Shown here: in pieces, positions 51,318-63,575 of the stretch | How positions within the stretch are numbered: position 1 is the first letter of the stretch | How the letters are laid out: each line of letters begins with the position of its first letter | NCBI GenBank assembly: GCA_963793305.1 | Contig: CAWBZV010000002.1 | Span: 859,193 to 923,192, forward strand | From: an uncultured Gemmatimonadales bacterium | GTDB taxonomy: Bacteria > Gemmatimonadota > Gemmatimonadetes > Gemmatimonadales > Gemmatimonadaceae | Reading direction: 5' to 3' | DNA: 64,000 bases | Notes under the pieces: generated by a model | What the model was told of the DNA's origin: nothing | Database searches by the model: none | What the model saw: only the letters and a program-made list of their open reading frames with translations | Position numbers and translations under genes: made by a program

Positions 51318-52266
51318 CTATGCGAGAAACTCCACGCTGCGCGACTCATACCACGGCCGGATGTTGCGTGCCGAATCGATGAATCCAACGTGACCGCCCC
51401 ACTCAGGAGCTTCGAAGAATAAGTGGGGGTTCTTTTCCGCTTCTGCATATGGGAACGATTCCGGGGTGAGAAAAGGATCGTCTCGCGCGTTCAGGAGAAG
51501 CACAGGGACTCTGATGCGATCCAGATATTGTCTCGCACTCGATTTCTGCCAATAGTCCATCGCATCGCGAAAACCGTGGATGGGTGCCGTGTATAGATCG
51601 TCGAATTCTCGCAACGTTCGGATCAGATGGCTCCGGCTGGCATCCAACTGCTCCGGGAAGAGTAACGCTTTCGCCTCTACTTTCGGCACGAGTCTGCCGA
51701 GAAACCGCCGAAGATAAAGGCGGTTGCTCCAACGACGGTCAATGGCGTCGGCACTAGCCGCGAGATCGATCGGTACCGAAACCGCAATTCCAGCGATTAC
51801 TGCGGGATGGCAGGCCCCTTCCCCGAGATATTTCAGCGTCACGTTTCCGCCGAGGCTGAATCCTATGAGCGCGATCCGCTGGGTACTTCGCCGCTGCGAG
51901 TGCGATTACGGCGCCTAAATCGCCCGTTTCACCGCTGTGGTAAGATCGCGCGAGACGATTTGATTCCGCCCGCATCCGCGGAAATTCCATGCCAGTACAT
52001 CCCATCCTGTCGCCTGGAGGTGAGTTGCCATCCCGCGGATACAGCGATCCTCAGAGGATCCTTCCAACCCGTGGGAAAGAATTGCTAGTCTGTCTCCGCC
52101 CGATATTGCCCAATCGAGGTCGAGAAAATCGCCGTCTGCAAGTTCCAATCGCTCCTGCGGAATACGACCGGGAGTCGCCGGCGCAAGAGCGCCGGCAGAA
52201 TGGTTTGCAAATGGCCGTTCCGTAGGAAGAAGAAGGGGGGTGAAAAAGAGAAGCAACGACGGGCAT
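51318..52266 (-). CDS. YheT-like alpha/beta hydrolase (multiple frameshifts)
   Basis: DGDFLDLDW, HGLEGSS, NFRGC, YHSGETGDL, GFSLGGN, NARDDPF and GGHVGF motifs. Confidence 0.85.
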
Positions 52267-52479
52267 TGTCTTAAGACGAATTTGCGGTGGCGCAAATCGA
52301 ATGTAAATACCACCCCGTACGTCGGAGAAAAGCGTTGCACCAAAAGCGCAGATTCTCGGCCAATTCTGGATCTGGGGGTGTCGGCGCTTCGCCCCATGAG
52401 TGATGCAGCATAGGCCCCCCGTGCCGAGCAGACTTACCCTTCTCTGGACTTAGGTGGGGCGTCGTTGGCCGCACTGACC

Positions 52480-54331
52480 CTAGCCCCTGCCAGTGGCAGC
52501 TTTTTATTGGCTTCCGCCGCGGCGTGCGATTCTTTGTCGACTGCAGAAATGAGGGAAGTCACGCCGCGCACCGCTTCGTTCAGATTTGTATAGACCACGC
52601 TTCCGGAAGACTCCTTGATTCTTTTTACCGATCGCGCGCCGCCTTCAGCTGGCAGGCTCCAAAGGCCGACAAGAATGAGAGCATCGGGAACTTCAGAGCT
52701 TAATGGACACCGCCATTTTTGCGACGGTGGTTGCTGATCGTGACTGGATTGCGGAGAGTAAAATTAACGAGGCTTTAGTTCCTTCAAACGTTCCACTTTC
52801 TCTGCGCGAAGAGTTCGCCAGGATAGTAAGTCCGCGCGGATCCCTTCAGGCTCCAACAATCGCGCAAGAACTCTCCCACCATTTCGTCGCCTTCTCCCAG
52901 GAAAGGTATGATAGCAACTTCTGGATTTCCAGGTGCCGGTGTTTCTGGTGCGTTGCTCCGGCACATCCGGGGGCGCTCGATAGTCATCTCCTCGATCAGT
53001 TCGCGCAAGTTGCGCAAAAATCCGAGACTTTGTCGGACTGAGCGTCGCGCCGGGATAGAGATCGTTTTCGATCGCTCGGAGGGTGGGCAAAATTAGTTCT
53101 TCCGTGATCTCGACTGAAAGTCGCATCTCTCCCAATTCCAGGAGCAGCGCCTTGGCCTCCGGAAGGCGGTTTTCGGTAAGGAGGCGAATGAATTTTGTTT
53201 CCGAGGAGGTGGGTGGCTCAGCTGCAAGCAAAACACTGCAAATATGGAATGAGCGGAAAATATTGGCCCAACACTACCAGGCACGCGGTTAGCGGCGTCG
53301 CGATCAATAGACCGATCGGACCCCAAAGCCAGGTCCAAAAGAGCGCAGAAACGATGACGGCAAGCGGTGACATCCCTGCGCTACCGCCCAAAACGATAGG
53401 TTCAACCACGTTGTTGGTGAATACTTCGAGAAAGCAGTAGAGGCCCAGGGTCAGAATTGGCTCCTTCCAGCTCGTGGAAATGGCAATAGATAATATCAAC
53501 GGGAAAAAGGCCGATATCCAGAGGCCCACGTAAGGCAAAAACCGCAACACGAGGGTCAGAGCCGCCCAGAGCATGACGTTGGGTATACCGATCAGGGAAA
53601 GCCCAAGCCCAAGGACTAGTGCATACCCGCTGTTCACCAGCAACTGCCCCAAGAGAAATCTGCTTAAACGGGATCCGGCCTCATCGACAGCGAGGGTTGT
53701 CGTCGCTACGCGCGAGTGTCCAATCAGCCGAAGGAACCGAACGCGGAGTCGCTTTCGCTCTAGAAGGATAAAGACTCACGAGCACGACGATTACGGCAAA
53801 TTCCGCTATCGGACCGATGACCGGGTGCTACGCTATTCTTGACGATTGCCAACGCGCTGTCCGCACCGCTAACGATTTGGACCTTCGTGGGCTCCGGCTG
53901 TTGGGCGCCACCCGCAGGTGCGGTGAGCTTTGCTTAGATCCTGGGTCAGTACGCCAATGTTGCGGAAGGCCAGGTTTAGGGGGCCGGGTGGTCCTTTTTG
54001 GATTGCAGCCCACTTGGCATCAATGTTATCGCGGTATTTTGGGAGCGAATTTACCAGATCGAGGCTCTCAATGGACATCGTCGTGCAGAGCACTCCAAGA
54101 AGCGCAAAGGCAATCGTCGCGACGCTGAGAACCGCTAAGACCGGATGAAATCCCCACTCGTTCCAGGCGGGATACGACCGGCGCCAGCAGGAAGCTGATC
54201 AGGATCGCTAGTACGATCGGCAGCAAAAATTCCTTCGCCCATGTGAAGGCGCAAAGAATCAGGACGACGTACGCTAACCCGATAAGCTTCCCGTATTCAA
54301 ACGATTTCCTCGATTCTAAGGTTTCCGGCAT
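52480..54331 (-). CDS. AI-2E family transporter (multiple frameshifts, end approximate)
   Basis: LLPIVLAILISFLLAPVV, LRFLPYVG, NNVVEP, WTWLWGPIGLLIATPLT. Confidence 0.85.
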
Positions 54332-54512
54332 GCGAGTTGTTGCGTGGAGTCTGGAACCCATCCCAGCCTGGCGCAATTCAATTCGCGACCGGCCAGAACA
54401 CCGGATCCAGGAAAAAAACAATTCTTTCGCGTGATGACGCGGCTCCACTGCGCAACCCGTTTGATCCGGCAACGGTCGAGGAGCGAGAGGACGGAGAAAC
54501 AACGCCGTCGTT

Positions 54513-55582
54513 TCAAACAAATACCGACGCCGCCCGTTCCATGCCTGACTTCGCAACGATCTCGTTCACATGATCGTTACGAACGATATAACGGTCTTTT
54601 CCGTAAATGAGATAGTTTTCGCGCTCATTGGCAGGCGTGAAATTCACTGTCAGGACGTTAGCGCCGGCCGCAAGCCCCGCAGATCTGACCGCCACTTTGG
54701 CGGGTCTCCAGCGCGCTGACGCTCGGAATAAGCCAGCGAGGATTCATCAGACGAGCGAGGGCGATGAAATTTAGAGTAACATTCATGTCACCTGGCGGAT
54801 GGTGTGCCAAGCGGAGTATCGGGCGCCGGAATAAAGGGCGAAGCGCTCACCATGTGCGCTCCAATTTCGCGAGCGAGTAATAGATCGTCGGCAAGACTCT
54901 CAATGGTCTGCCCGGGTAACCCCACGATCGTCCCTGTGCCGACCTTGTATCCCGTGCGTACCAGCGTCCGCAAACCGTCGATTCGGTTGGCAAAGGAGGA
55001 ATGACGCAGCTTCTCGTTGAGCTCGGGATCGCTGGTCTCGTGTTTCAGGATATAGCTCGTGGCGCCCTGGTTTTTGAGAAAAATGTATTCTTCTTCACTC
55101 TTGTTTCCCAGGCAGAGCAAAAGCTCCACCGCTCCCCCGAACATGGCGCGAATTTTTGGGAGGACATTTCCTACAATCTGCGTCGTCTTTTTGACTTCGC
55201 CGGCCTGCAAAAACACGATATTGATTCCGGACTCTTTGATTTGTGCAGCCGTTTCGAGGATTTGTTCCTCGCTCAATTCGAAGATCGTGTTCCGGCGCGT
55301 GTTGTCGCGACGCATCGGGCAGAATTCGCAGTTGACCCGGCAAAGGTTCGTGACCTCCATCAACCCTCGGATGATGACGCGATTTCCGAATGCGATGTGC
55401 CGCGCTTGGCGGGCAGCGGCAAAGAGTCTTTGCTGCTGATCACCTTTTGCCTGAAGCCATGCCGATAGCGTGGCCCGATTCCAGAAGCTGCGGGAGATCC
55501 GTACGAAGCAAATTCTTTCGCGCTGTTTCTATCGGCTTCTGTGCAGGACTGTACTGCCGCCCACGGCAGATTCTTTCCTCAT
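54513..55582 (-). CDS. radical SAM enzyme, HydE/PylB/BioB-like (frameshifted)
   Basis: CRVNCEFC, LQAGE, KHETSD, VGLPGQT, PFIPAPDTPL, AGANV. Confidence 0.85.
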
Positions 55583-57101
55583 GGACTGGTGGCCTGAGTC
55601 TCGCCCCGCCTCATTGCTCAAGCCACCGCAGCCACCGGTTCCGACCGCAAACGGATCTGTGTCATGATACGGATTGAGCGGCCCGCTGGCATACGCTTCC
55701 GGCGGATGCGGTATGTAGTCTGCGTGATGAAACTGATGTGCGACTTCATCGGCAAAGAACGTTCCCAGCTCGGTCAGACCAAGGTTTCGCTCGCTCTCCT
55801 GCAATAATCCATAGGCCTTCAATCGTTCAATTTTCGGCCTGAACAGCTGACTCAATGATTCTCCACCGGTAAGCCGCTGAAAGGTCTTTTTGTAAACGTC
55901 ACGATTCTTAAGCGGCAGGACGATCGCCCAGCGAATCTGCTGGTCCAAATCGCGTACCAGGCCGCGATTGAGCGGCAAGCGTCCCTCTTCAATCGCTTGA
56001 TAATACTCGCCAAAGTTTTGCGTATTCAGAATGAATCGATCTCGCAGACTGCTGAATGCGGTCAGTCCAAAACCAACTTCGTCATACAGCATGCAACATT
56101 GGTTGTGCGCGTAGCAGGAATAGTGTTTGCGTTCCTTCGTATAAACCCGTCGCAAATTTTCCCGATAACCATTTTCGGCCAGGATATCGATCGCAAACTG
56201 TTTCATCATGATCGCCTCGTCGTGCGTCGGCACGTTGTCCGGTCGCTTTTCGATGAGTTTCTTTACGGGCGCCTGGTAATCTCCGTAGGCTTCGACTTTC
56301 AGCCGATAGAGTTGAATCTCTTCGGTGCCGAGGGTGACCGCCTCACGCATGCTGGCAACCCAGCTCGCGAGCGTTTCACCGGGATGCCCAAAGATGAACT
56401 CGATGTTCGTCTGGTAGCCGGCGTTCTGACTGTTCTCGATGGCCTCCAGCGCTACCGATTTGTCGTGCGGTCGATTCATGATATCGAGAACAGTTCGGAT
56501 CCAGAGACTGAATCCCAGCGTGAGTCGATCCGAACCATAATCGCGGAGTATTCGCAGCCGCTCAAGTCCTTCCTGTCCGACGAGCGTGGATGGATCGACG
56601 TCCCAGTTGAATTGTTCGCACTCCGAAAGATCCAGGCGGCGCGTAAAGAAGTTCAGAAAATGGGTCAACTGTTGCGGACTGAGATACGATGGAGTTCCTC
56701 CTCCGATGAGGATTGAATCGGACCTTGATTCGATCGATTCCCAGGCGTCGCATGTAGATGTCCATCTCCTTCTCCATGGCCGCCAGATATTGATCCATCT
56801 CAGCCTGCTTTTTGCCGAGCATGACCGGGTAATGGCAAAAGACACATCGCTGTTTGCAGAAGGGGATGTGTGCATACACATCGAGTTTCCGATCCTGAGG
56901 TAATGTATAGGTCTCGAACAGGGCTTCTTCGTCCACCTCCCTGTACATCGTGATCGGGGGATAATGCACAGAGGGGAAAAAATCACCGTCGCGGCATATC
57001 AAACCCTCTTCGCGCAGCCGCTTGAAGTCAGCGACTCGATTGAGGGCGTTTTGCATCAGCGTATCTGAGACGCTGACGTCGTACCCGACGGTGGTATTCA
57101 T
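55529..57101 (-). CDS. HemN-like (class C) radical SAM enzyme (frameshifted)
   Basis: YAHIPFCKQRCVFC, GGGTPS, IFGHPGET; 3' end approximate. Confidence 0.88.
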
Positions 57102-57217
57102 AAGGAAGGCAAGCAGAGGGCGTGATTTGGCAAATTGAAAGCTGAACTCAGGGGATTAAATGCCTTTCTCAATTTGAGGTCAAGCTAACAAAGCGATGAG
57201 TTGGACCCTGGCCGAGT

Positions 57218-58130
57218 TCAGGCATTCAACGCGAGCAAGAGAGCACCAGGAAATGCGACGGCAGCTCCGCCCCAAGCCAAAGGAACGGGATGCTCCCGCA
57301 ACCAAAAGAAAGACAAGGGCAACGCGAATAGCGGCTCAGTTGCCAGCAAGGTATTCGCTACGGAGACATCAAGCCGCTTAACCGAAAACAACGCCAGCCA
57401 AAACCCTCCAAAAGTCACGACTGCGACCGCTGTCGCGAAGCGCCATTTCAAGCCGCCGAACCGGAGTGGTTCTAACCAGCCTTTGATCTGCCGTTTTGCC
57501 AAAGCAACGACAAAGCATGCCCGACAAACCCTGCCGTCATTCGCAGAAATGTCGCTTCCAAAGCGGGTACCGTACTGAGTCCGATCTTGGCGATGATTAC
57601 TGACACACCCATACAGAGAATCGACAGAAGGCCAAAGATAAGACCGGCCGATGCTCCTTCTGGACTGCCACTCTTACGCAGCCCGGCTGCGAGAGTGAGC
57701 GTGACGCCGGACAAGACCATGGCGATTCCCAGCCAAGCAATCGGGCTTGGCATCTCGCCAAGAAACAGAATTGCCATGATCAGAGTGATCCCAGGAGCAA
57801 GCATCATCAAAACAATCAACTGGTGTACCGGCAGCCGCCGCAATGCGGCAAAGAAGCAGGTGTCGCCCGCAGCGATGCCGATCAGGCCGCTCAAGATTAA
57901 CCAACCGAGCGAGGAGAAGGGGACGTTTGTCCATCCAACAAAGAGTAATCCGATTGCCAAGAGGAGTACGCTTAACAGACTCTTGACCAGCGTCATTGCT
58001 GAGGCAGGAAAATTCTCTCCTTCCCTTTAAAGAGTATTGTTCCTACCGCCCAGGAAGCGGCAGAAGCCAATGCGGCACAAACACCAACTGCATGCCCGTT
58101 GGCTTTGGTCGCGTCCAGGATCTGGCTCAA
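57218..58130 (-). CDS. EamA/DMT family transporter (frameshifted)
   Basis: multiple TMs, LSGLIGIAAGDTCFFAAL, TEPLFALPLS. Confidence 0.85.
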
Positions 58131-58132
58131 GA

Positions 58133-59208
58133 TCACGATCGCTGCTTGAATACCAAAACGTAACGCTGGGGTATAAACTGGTACTGCTCAGTCAGGTCAA
58201 AACCATAATAGTACAGCTGACCAATGACGAGTTCCTTCGCTATGCGGGCCGTGATACGGGAGTTGGCCATCTTGCACAACGGCGTCGTCGACGATGACCA
58301 GACGGCCATCCGGCTTCAAGGAGTCTTTGATGCTGGCAATAAAGCGATCCTTCACCTCTTCGGTCGACGTCGTGTAGATGATGTGGTAGAGCGAACACAT
58401 AAAGACCAGGTCGGCTGTGGCGGGATTCAGACCTGCTCCATCCGCTCGATCCTTGATGGTCTCAACATTCGCAATGCCCAACTTCTGGCAGAGGTTCCGC
58501 ACGTAATCGAGGTGGTTTTGGACGGTGTCGACAGCATACACTTTGCCGGATGGCCCTGTGAGCGCAGAGAACTTGAAAGTGTAATACCCCGGTCCACTTC
58601 CGACGTCTGCGATTGCATTCCCGGCTGGATCCTGAGACATTCAATGATTTTGCTGGTCCTCTCCCATTCTTCGCGCCGAGGATTGTTGAACAGGATAAAA
58701 TCCTCCAGGAAAGTGAGCCGATCTTTGCCGTCGTCGGTTCCGGAGTCGGCAAATTTTTTAAGTTTATACTTTCGCCCGAGATATTCCTTGAGGTTTGCGT
58801 AGTCGTTTTCTGCAAAGAAGTCGAAAAAGCCGTGATGAAATCGATCGGCGAGTTGCGTCCGCCGATCGTCTTCCGTACCTAAAAGGTAGTCACAAAACCA
58901 CTCAAGAGCGGTGTACTCACCTCCGTAGTGTTCTTTTGGGACGATCGCGTGGTAGACGACCTTTGCCTTTTCCGCTTCTGCTGGATCCTTGCTTTCCAAA
59001 GCATTGAGCAGGTAATGACCGGCCAAGGTCCCCTGTTCAGTAATCGTAAATGAATCGATGCTCCCGAGGTGGACCAGAGAGATTTTGGAGGATATTGGGA
59101 CTGCATCTCCAGGCTTGAACGCCGGATCGCAGTCGCCGTCGCGGCCGAGATGGTGCTCCAAGCAGAAGCGAGCAACAGAAAAATGTTTAAAATTCGCGGA
59201 TGGACCAT
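58133..59208 (-). CDS. class I SAM methyltransferase with N-terminal extension (frameshifted)
   Basis: IADVGSGPGYYT, VYAVD, LKPDGRLVIVD; possible signal peptide MVHPRILNIFLLLASAWS. Confidence 0.75.
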
Positions 59209-59345
59209 GGCGCAAATCGTGGCTGGGAAGAACCGCGTAGTATCCGAACCTCTTGGGCTTGGCAACAAAAAAAACAAAAAGCCCGCAAGCAGTTGCCTGC
59301 GGGAGAAAACATTCTTCGAAAACAGCGAAGTCGAATCCCAGAAAC

Positions 59346-60083
59346 TCAATGTCCGACGACGTCGCTTCTCTCAAGCGTAAAGGGCGCCCCGCGCAGCTTA
59401 TCCAGCTTCTGCTTTTGCTCCGTGGTCAAGGCACCTAGATATTGTTCTTGAGCCTGATTGTTGATTTTATCGGCGGTGCGAATATTGGCGCCTAACATTT
59501 GAGTTTGGGTCGGGCCGCCGTTGCTCGGAATCCCCCCGAGACTGCTGCGAAGCATCGCGTTGGTTTCTCCCTGGAGCTTTTGCATCTTCGCCGATTCTTC
59601 AGGAGTTACTCCGACTTGCTTTGCAACTTCTTTATCCTGGAGCGCTTCTGCGCCATTGACCTGCAGCAGGATTTGTTTGAGGCGATTCAATTGATCTGCA
59701 TTCAGAATCGCGGAGACTTCCTGCCGGGATGACTCGATCAGTTTGTCTTGGGCGTCGCGAATCTCCTGTTGTTTCCCGACCTTCTGCTGGGCGCTTAACC
59801 CTTCCAACTGCACACTGCCAAGTTTGGAGGCGGCTTCCCGATCGTATTTCTCGGCCACCTTCGCGATTTTGGCACTTTGTTCGTCAGTAATATTCAGTTC
59901 CTTTCGAACCTTTGCCGTTTGCAACAAGTGCAACGGATCGGTCCCGTAGCGGCTAGCTCCCGGCAAACCGACCATCGATGGTGGTGGCGGGGCTCCTTCG
60001 TTCCCTGTTTTAATCTGAGCGTTAGCCAATGGTGTTAAACTCAGGGCGCCAGCGAGTACAAAAAACGAGTTGCGAATATTCAT
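59346..60083 (-). CDS. secreted Spy/CpxP-like protein
   Basis: signal peptide; LNITDEQ, ILNADQ and LTTEQK (LTxxQ) repeats. Confidence 0.7.
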   Translation of the reverse strand: MNIRNSFFVLAGALSLTPLANAQIKTGNEGAPPPPSMVGLPGASRYGTDPLHLLQTAKVRKELNITDEQSAKIAKVAEKYDREAASKLGSVQLEGLSAQQKVGKQQEIRDAQDKLIESSRQEVSAILNADQLNRLKQILLQVNGAEALQDKEVAKQVGVTPEESAKMQKLQGETNAMLRSSLGGIPSNGGPTQTQMLGANIRTADKINNQAQEQYLGALTTEQKQKLDKLRGAPFTLERSDVVGH

Positions 60084-60317
60084 CTAATCATGACGCGGAA
60101 TCTTCTGCGTTCCGCGCCGGAGTTTGGGAAAATTGGATAATAGATAGACAACCTGATTTTCTAGCGATGAGGTGTCCAAATGTCAATCTTCACCGATCCT
60201 GCAAATAGATTCTTCAATATCGCCAGAAGGGAAGGGGAACGGAAGGTCGGCCGAGAGTATCCCATTAGTTTGGCGCTCACTCTGAACTCGGTGCAGTCGA
60301 ACTCGATTGTCAAATCA

Positions 60318-60750
60318 AGCTTCTGGACGTTGGGCGGCGGCGCGCAGGTCGGCTGGAAATTGGGCCAGAGCCTGAGCCTGGTTGCGGATGTCCAGGGCTC
60401 GCACGCTGCAAATATCAACTCCACAGGTGTGGGGTTGGACCTGGTGACATTTACCTTCGGGCCGCGGTTCTCGCTAACGCCCAGGGCAAGTCGCTGCTCC
60501 CTCTATGGCCAGGCGCTGGCGGGCGTGGCCAAGGGCTACAACGGAGTGTTCCCTTCACCGTCCGGCGAGCAATCGAACGCCGGCAGCGTGGCCCTGCTCA
60601 TGGGCGGTGGCATGGACGTTAGGCTCCGCTCGCGCGTGGCCCTGCGCGTTTTCGAGGCAGACTGGCTGTACACCCAGGCTGCCCAACTCAACCACCGATG
60701 TGCAGAACAACCTCCGCCTCGGCGCGGGCATCGTGGTGCGGTTTCGGTAA
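60318..60750 (+). pseudogene. 3' fragment of an outer-membrane beta-barrel protein
   Basis: FTFGPRF, GGGMDV, QNNLRLGAGIVVRF terminal Phe; 5' end missing. Confidence 0.65.
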
Positions 60751-60861
60751 GCTGGCGCGGACTTTGCATAAGGCTAAGAATGGGTCGGCGCACTGCCGGC
60801 GGGACGCCTCTGCTTGGTTCTTTTTGGAATCATTGGCAAGCCAAACGCAAGTCCAATGCTA

Positions 60862-61472
60862 GGGCGTGTTAACACTAATTGAGCTTTCCGTGATATTGTG
60901 AGTAGGTGGAGATCAGCGAAGCGCAATTACAGCGGATTGATGCAGTGTTGCCGCGTCAGCGCGGCAATGTGAAGGTGACCAACCTGCAGTTCCTCAATGC
61001 GTTGCTCTACGTCGCCGAACAGGGCTGCAAATGGCGCGGATTGCCCAAGCGCTTCGGCCCTTGGCACACCATCTACACCCGCATGAATCGCTGGTCCAAG
61101 AACGGCGTGCTGGACCAGGTCTTCGAGCAGTTGCAGCGCGAGCAGATCGTGCGCATCAAGATCGAGGCCGTCAAGACTGGACTCGACCATCGTGAAGGTG
61201 CATCCGGACGGCACCGGCGCGTTAAAAAAAACGGCCCCCAGGCCATCGGAAAATCCCGCGGCGGATGGACCACCAAGATTCATATGGTTGCCGCGAATGC
61301 TCGAACGGCCATAACCTTCGCGCTCTCGCCGGGCCAGGCCTCCGACGCGGTCGAAGGCCGCACCCTGCTGGGCGGCATCGGACCGCTGCCGGCGCCTCTG
61401 CACCTGATCATGGACCGAGCCTACGAGGACAACGAAACCCGCCAACTGGCGCTGGATTTTGGCTTCATTCCC
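60862..61472 (+). mobile_element. IS5-family (IS427-like) element truncated by IS66
   Basis: starts GGGCGTGTTAACAC after CTA; GCKWRGLPKRFGPW, DST in shifted frame, A-run slippery site near 61224, GKSRGGWTTKIH, DRAY. Confidence 0.85.
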
Positions 61473-61582
61473 GTAAGCGTATGGTCTGCCCCTGTTGACG
61501 ATCTGCGGGGTCGTGTATTTGGGATAAGGACTGATTTATAAAGTGTCCACTTATTTTAAGTGGACACTTCGGGAAGTACCGA

Positions 61583-63190
61583 TCAGGCAGCTTTGGCGGC
61601 TGGCTGGAGGTCCTCGGCGAGATTCCAGGGCAGCAGTTCTTCGATTCGGCTGATCGGATGCTCGGCGATGCGGATCAATACCAGGCGCAGATAGGCTTCC
61701 GGGTCAAGACCGTTCAGTTTGGCTGAGCCGACCAACGAGTAGATAGCTGCGGCGCGCTCGCCTCCGGAGTTCGAGCCGCAGAAAAGGTAATTCTTGCGTC
61801 CAAGCGCGACGGCTCGCAGCGCCCGCTCGGCCGCCGAGTTGTCGATCTCCAACAGTCCATCGTCAACATAGCGTGTGAGCGCCCGCCAGTGCGCAAGTGC
61901 ATAGCGGATCGCGCCCGCGGTCTCACTTTTTGCGGATAGTTGCCGCAGGCATTTTTCCATCCATGCTCGCAGATCGTCGAGCAGCGGCTTTGCGCGGGCC
62001 TGGCGAATCTCGCGGCGTAGTTCGGCCGGCTTGCCGCGGACCTCTTCTTCGATTCCGTACAAAACGCCGATGCGATGAATGGCTTCGGTGGTAATCGGCG
62101 AGGCGTGGACCACATGAATGTCGTGAAACTTGCGCCGCGCATGAGCCCAACACGCGACTTCATAAATGGCGCCGCCTTCATAGAGATGATGAAAGCCGGA
62201 GTAGGCGTCGGCCTGCAACGCGCCCTTGTAGTTTTTCAGATGTTGCCTGGGATGCTCACCCTTGCGATCCGGGGAGTAGGCGAACCACACGGCCGGGGCG
62301 GTGCTTTCACCGGCAGATCGTTCATCACGCACATAAGTCCAGAGGCGGCCTGTCTTGGTCTTGCCGTTGCCTGGAGCGAGTACCGGAACCGGCGTGTCGT
62401 CGGCGTGAATCTTCGTCGCCGACAACACATGCTTGCGGATCTCATCGACCAACGGAGTTAGTAACTCGCTGGCGGCTCCCACCCAACCGGCCAGCGTCGA
62501 GCGATCAAGATCGACGCCTTCGCGAGCGTAGATCTCCGACTGGCGAAACAGCGGGCAGTGATCGGCATACTTGGCCACCAGCACATGCGCCAGCAGTCCC
62601 GGTCCCGCAAGACCGCGCTCGATGGTGCGCGATGGCGCGGGAGCTTCGACAACGCGCTCGCACTTCTTGCAGGCAAACTTCGGCCGCACGTGGCGAATGA
62701 CCTTGAAGTTGGCTGGTATGTACTCCAGGATCTCGGCCACATCCTCGCCGAAGTTGCGCAACTGGCCGCCGCAATCGGGGCAACAATCGTGCCCTGGATA
62801 GTGGGTTACGACTTCGCGGGGAAGATGCGCGGGCAACGGCTTGCGCGATGGGCGGGACTTAAGAGCCGGCTCAGCCTCTGGCGCAGGCGCCTCTATGTCT
62901 TCTTCAGCTGCAGCCTGTTCCGTCTCCGTCTCTTCCAGTTGCAGCTCAAACTGCTCAACCTGGATAACGGCCTTTTCGCTCTTGGCGCCGAAGATCATGC
63001 GGCGCAGCTTCTCGACGACCAGCTTCAGATGTTCGACCTGCTGTGTCTTGGAAGAGAGCGCCTTCAGATGTTGTTCCCGCTGCTCGACGACCAGCGCCTT
63101 CAATGCTTCAATATCAAGTCGATTGAGGTCTGGAAGCGTGCCAACATCCATGGCATAAGTATGCCAAGAAGTTATGGATAAGTCATCCAC
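61583..63190 (-). CDS. tnpC: IS66 transposase TnpC
   Basis: CPDCGG Zn finger, HADDTPV, LQADAY, CWAHARRKF, IDNSAAERALR, LLPWN. Confidence 0.95.
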   Translation of the reverse strand: MDDLSITSWHTYAMDVGTLPDLNRLDIEALKALVVEQREQHLKALSSKTQQVEHLKLVVEKLRRMIFGAKSEKAVIQVEQFELQLEETETEQAAAEEDIEAPAPEAEPALKSRPSRKPLPAHLPREVVTHYPGHDCCPDCGGQLRNFGEDVAEILEYIPANFKVIRHVRPKFACKKCERVVEAPAPSRTIERGLAGPGLLAHVLVAKYADHCPLFRQSEIYAREGVDLDRSTLAGWVGAASELLTPLVDEIRKHVLSATKIHADDTPVPVLAPGNGKTKTGRLWTYVRDERSAGESTAPAVWFAYSPDRKGEHPRQHLKNYKGALQADAYSGFHHLYEGGAIYEVACWAHARRKFHDIHVVHASPITTEAIHRIGVLYGIEEEVRGKPAELRREIRQARAKPLLDDLRAWMEKCLRQLSAKSETAGAIRYALAHWRALTRYVDDGLLEIDNSAAERALRAVALGRKNYLFCGSNSGGERAAAIYSLVGSAKLNGLDPEAYLRLVLIRIAEHPISRIEELLPWNLAEDLQPAAKAA

Positions 63191-63227
63191 AAAATGCGCA
63201 CGAATACAGGAGAATCATGCTGGTAAC

Positions 63228-63575
63228 TTATACTGCGATCTGCGGCGTCCAGGTTCTCTCCGGTCTGCGCCAGTCGATGCCTTCCATGAGCATCGACAGT
63301 TGCGCCCGCGTCAGAGAAACCGTTCCTTCCTTCGCCTGTGGCCAGATGAAGCGCCCGCGTTCCAATCGCTTCGCAAACAGGCATAGACCGTCTTCATCGG
63401 CCCACAAAATCTTGATCGTGTCGCCCCTGCGTCCGCGAAAAACAAAAACGTGCCCTGAGAATGGCTGCTGCTTGAGAATCATCTGCACCTGCGCGCTCAG
63501 CCCCGGAAAGCCTCGCCGCATATCGGTCACGCCCGCGGCGATCCAGATGCGTGTGCCTGTGCGCAGCTCGATCAC
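63228..63575 (-). CDS. tnpB: IS66 accessory protein TnpB
   Basis: TDMRRGF, VFVFRGRRGD, KRLERGRFIWP. Confidence 0.95.
   Translation of the reverse strand: MIELRTGTRIWIAAGVTDMRRGFPGLSAQVQMILKQQPFSGHVFVFRGRRGDTIKILWADEDGLCLFAKRLERGRFIWPQAKEGTVSLTRAQLSMLMEGIDWRRPERTWTPQIAV

Noticed and set aside
54513..55582. Pyrrolysine or [FeFe]-hydrogenase maturation locus
   Set aside because: No pylS/C/D/T or hydA/F/G is present; only family-level similarity is supported.
7687..59208. Many frameshifts read as pseudogenes or programmed recoding
   Set aside because: Single-base indels are scattered through unrelated genes whose motifs are otherwise intact, which fits sequencing error best. This needs checking against reads.
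60906..61541. Intact single-ORF IS5 transposase
   Set aside because: The DST catalytic segment is in another frame, an extra base near 61172 offsets the natural A-run frameshift, and the tail is IS66 sequence.
63173..63191. Two DnaA-box-like 9-mers between tnpB and tnpC
   Set aside because: Each has a mismatch and there is no origin context, so chance is plausible.
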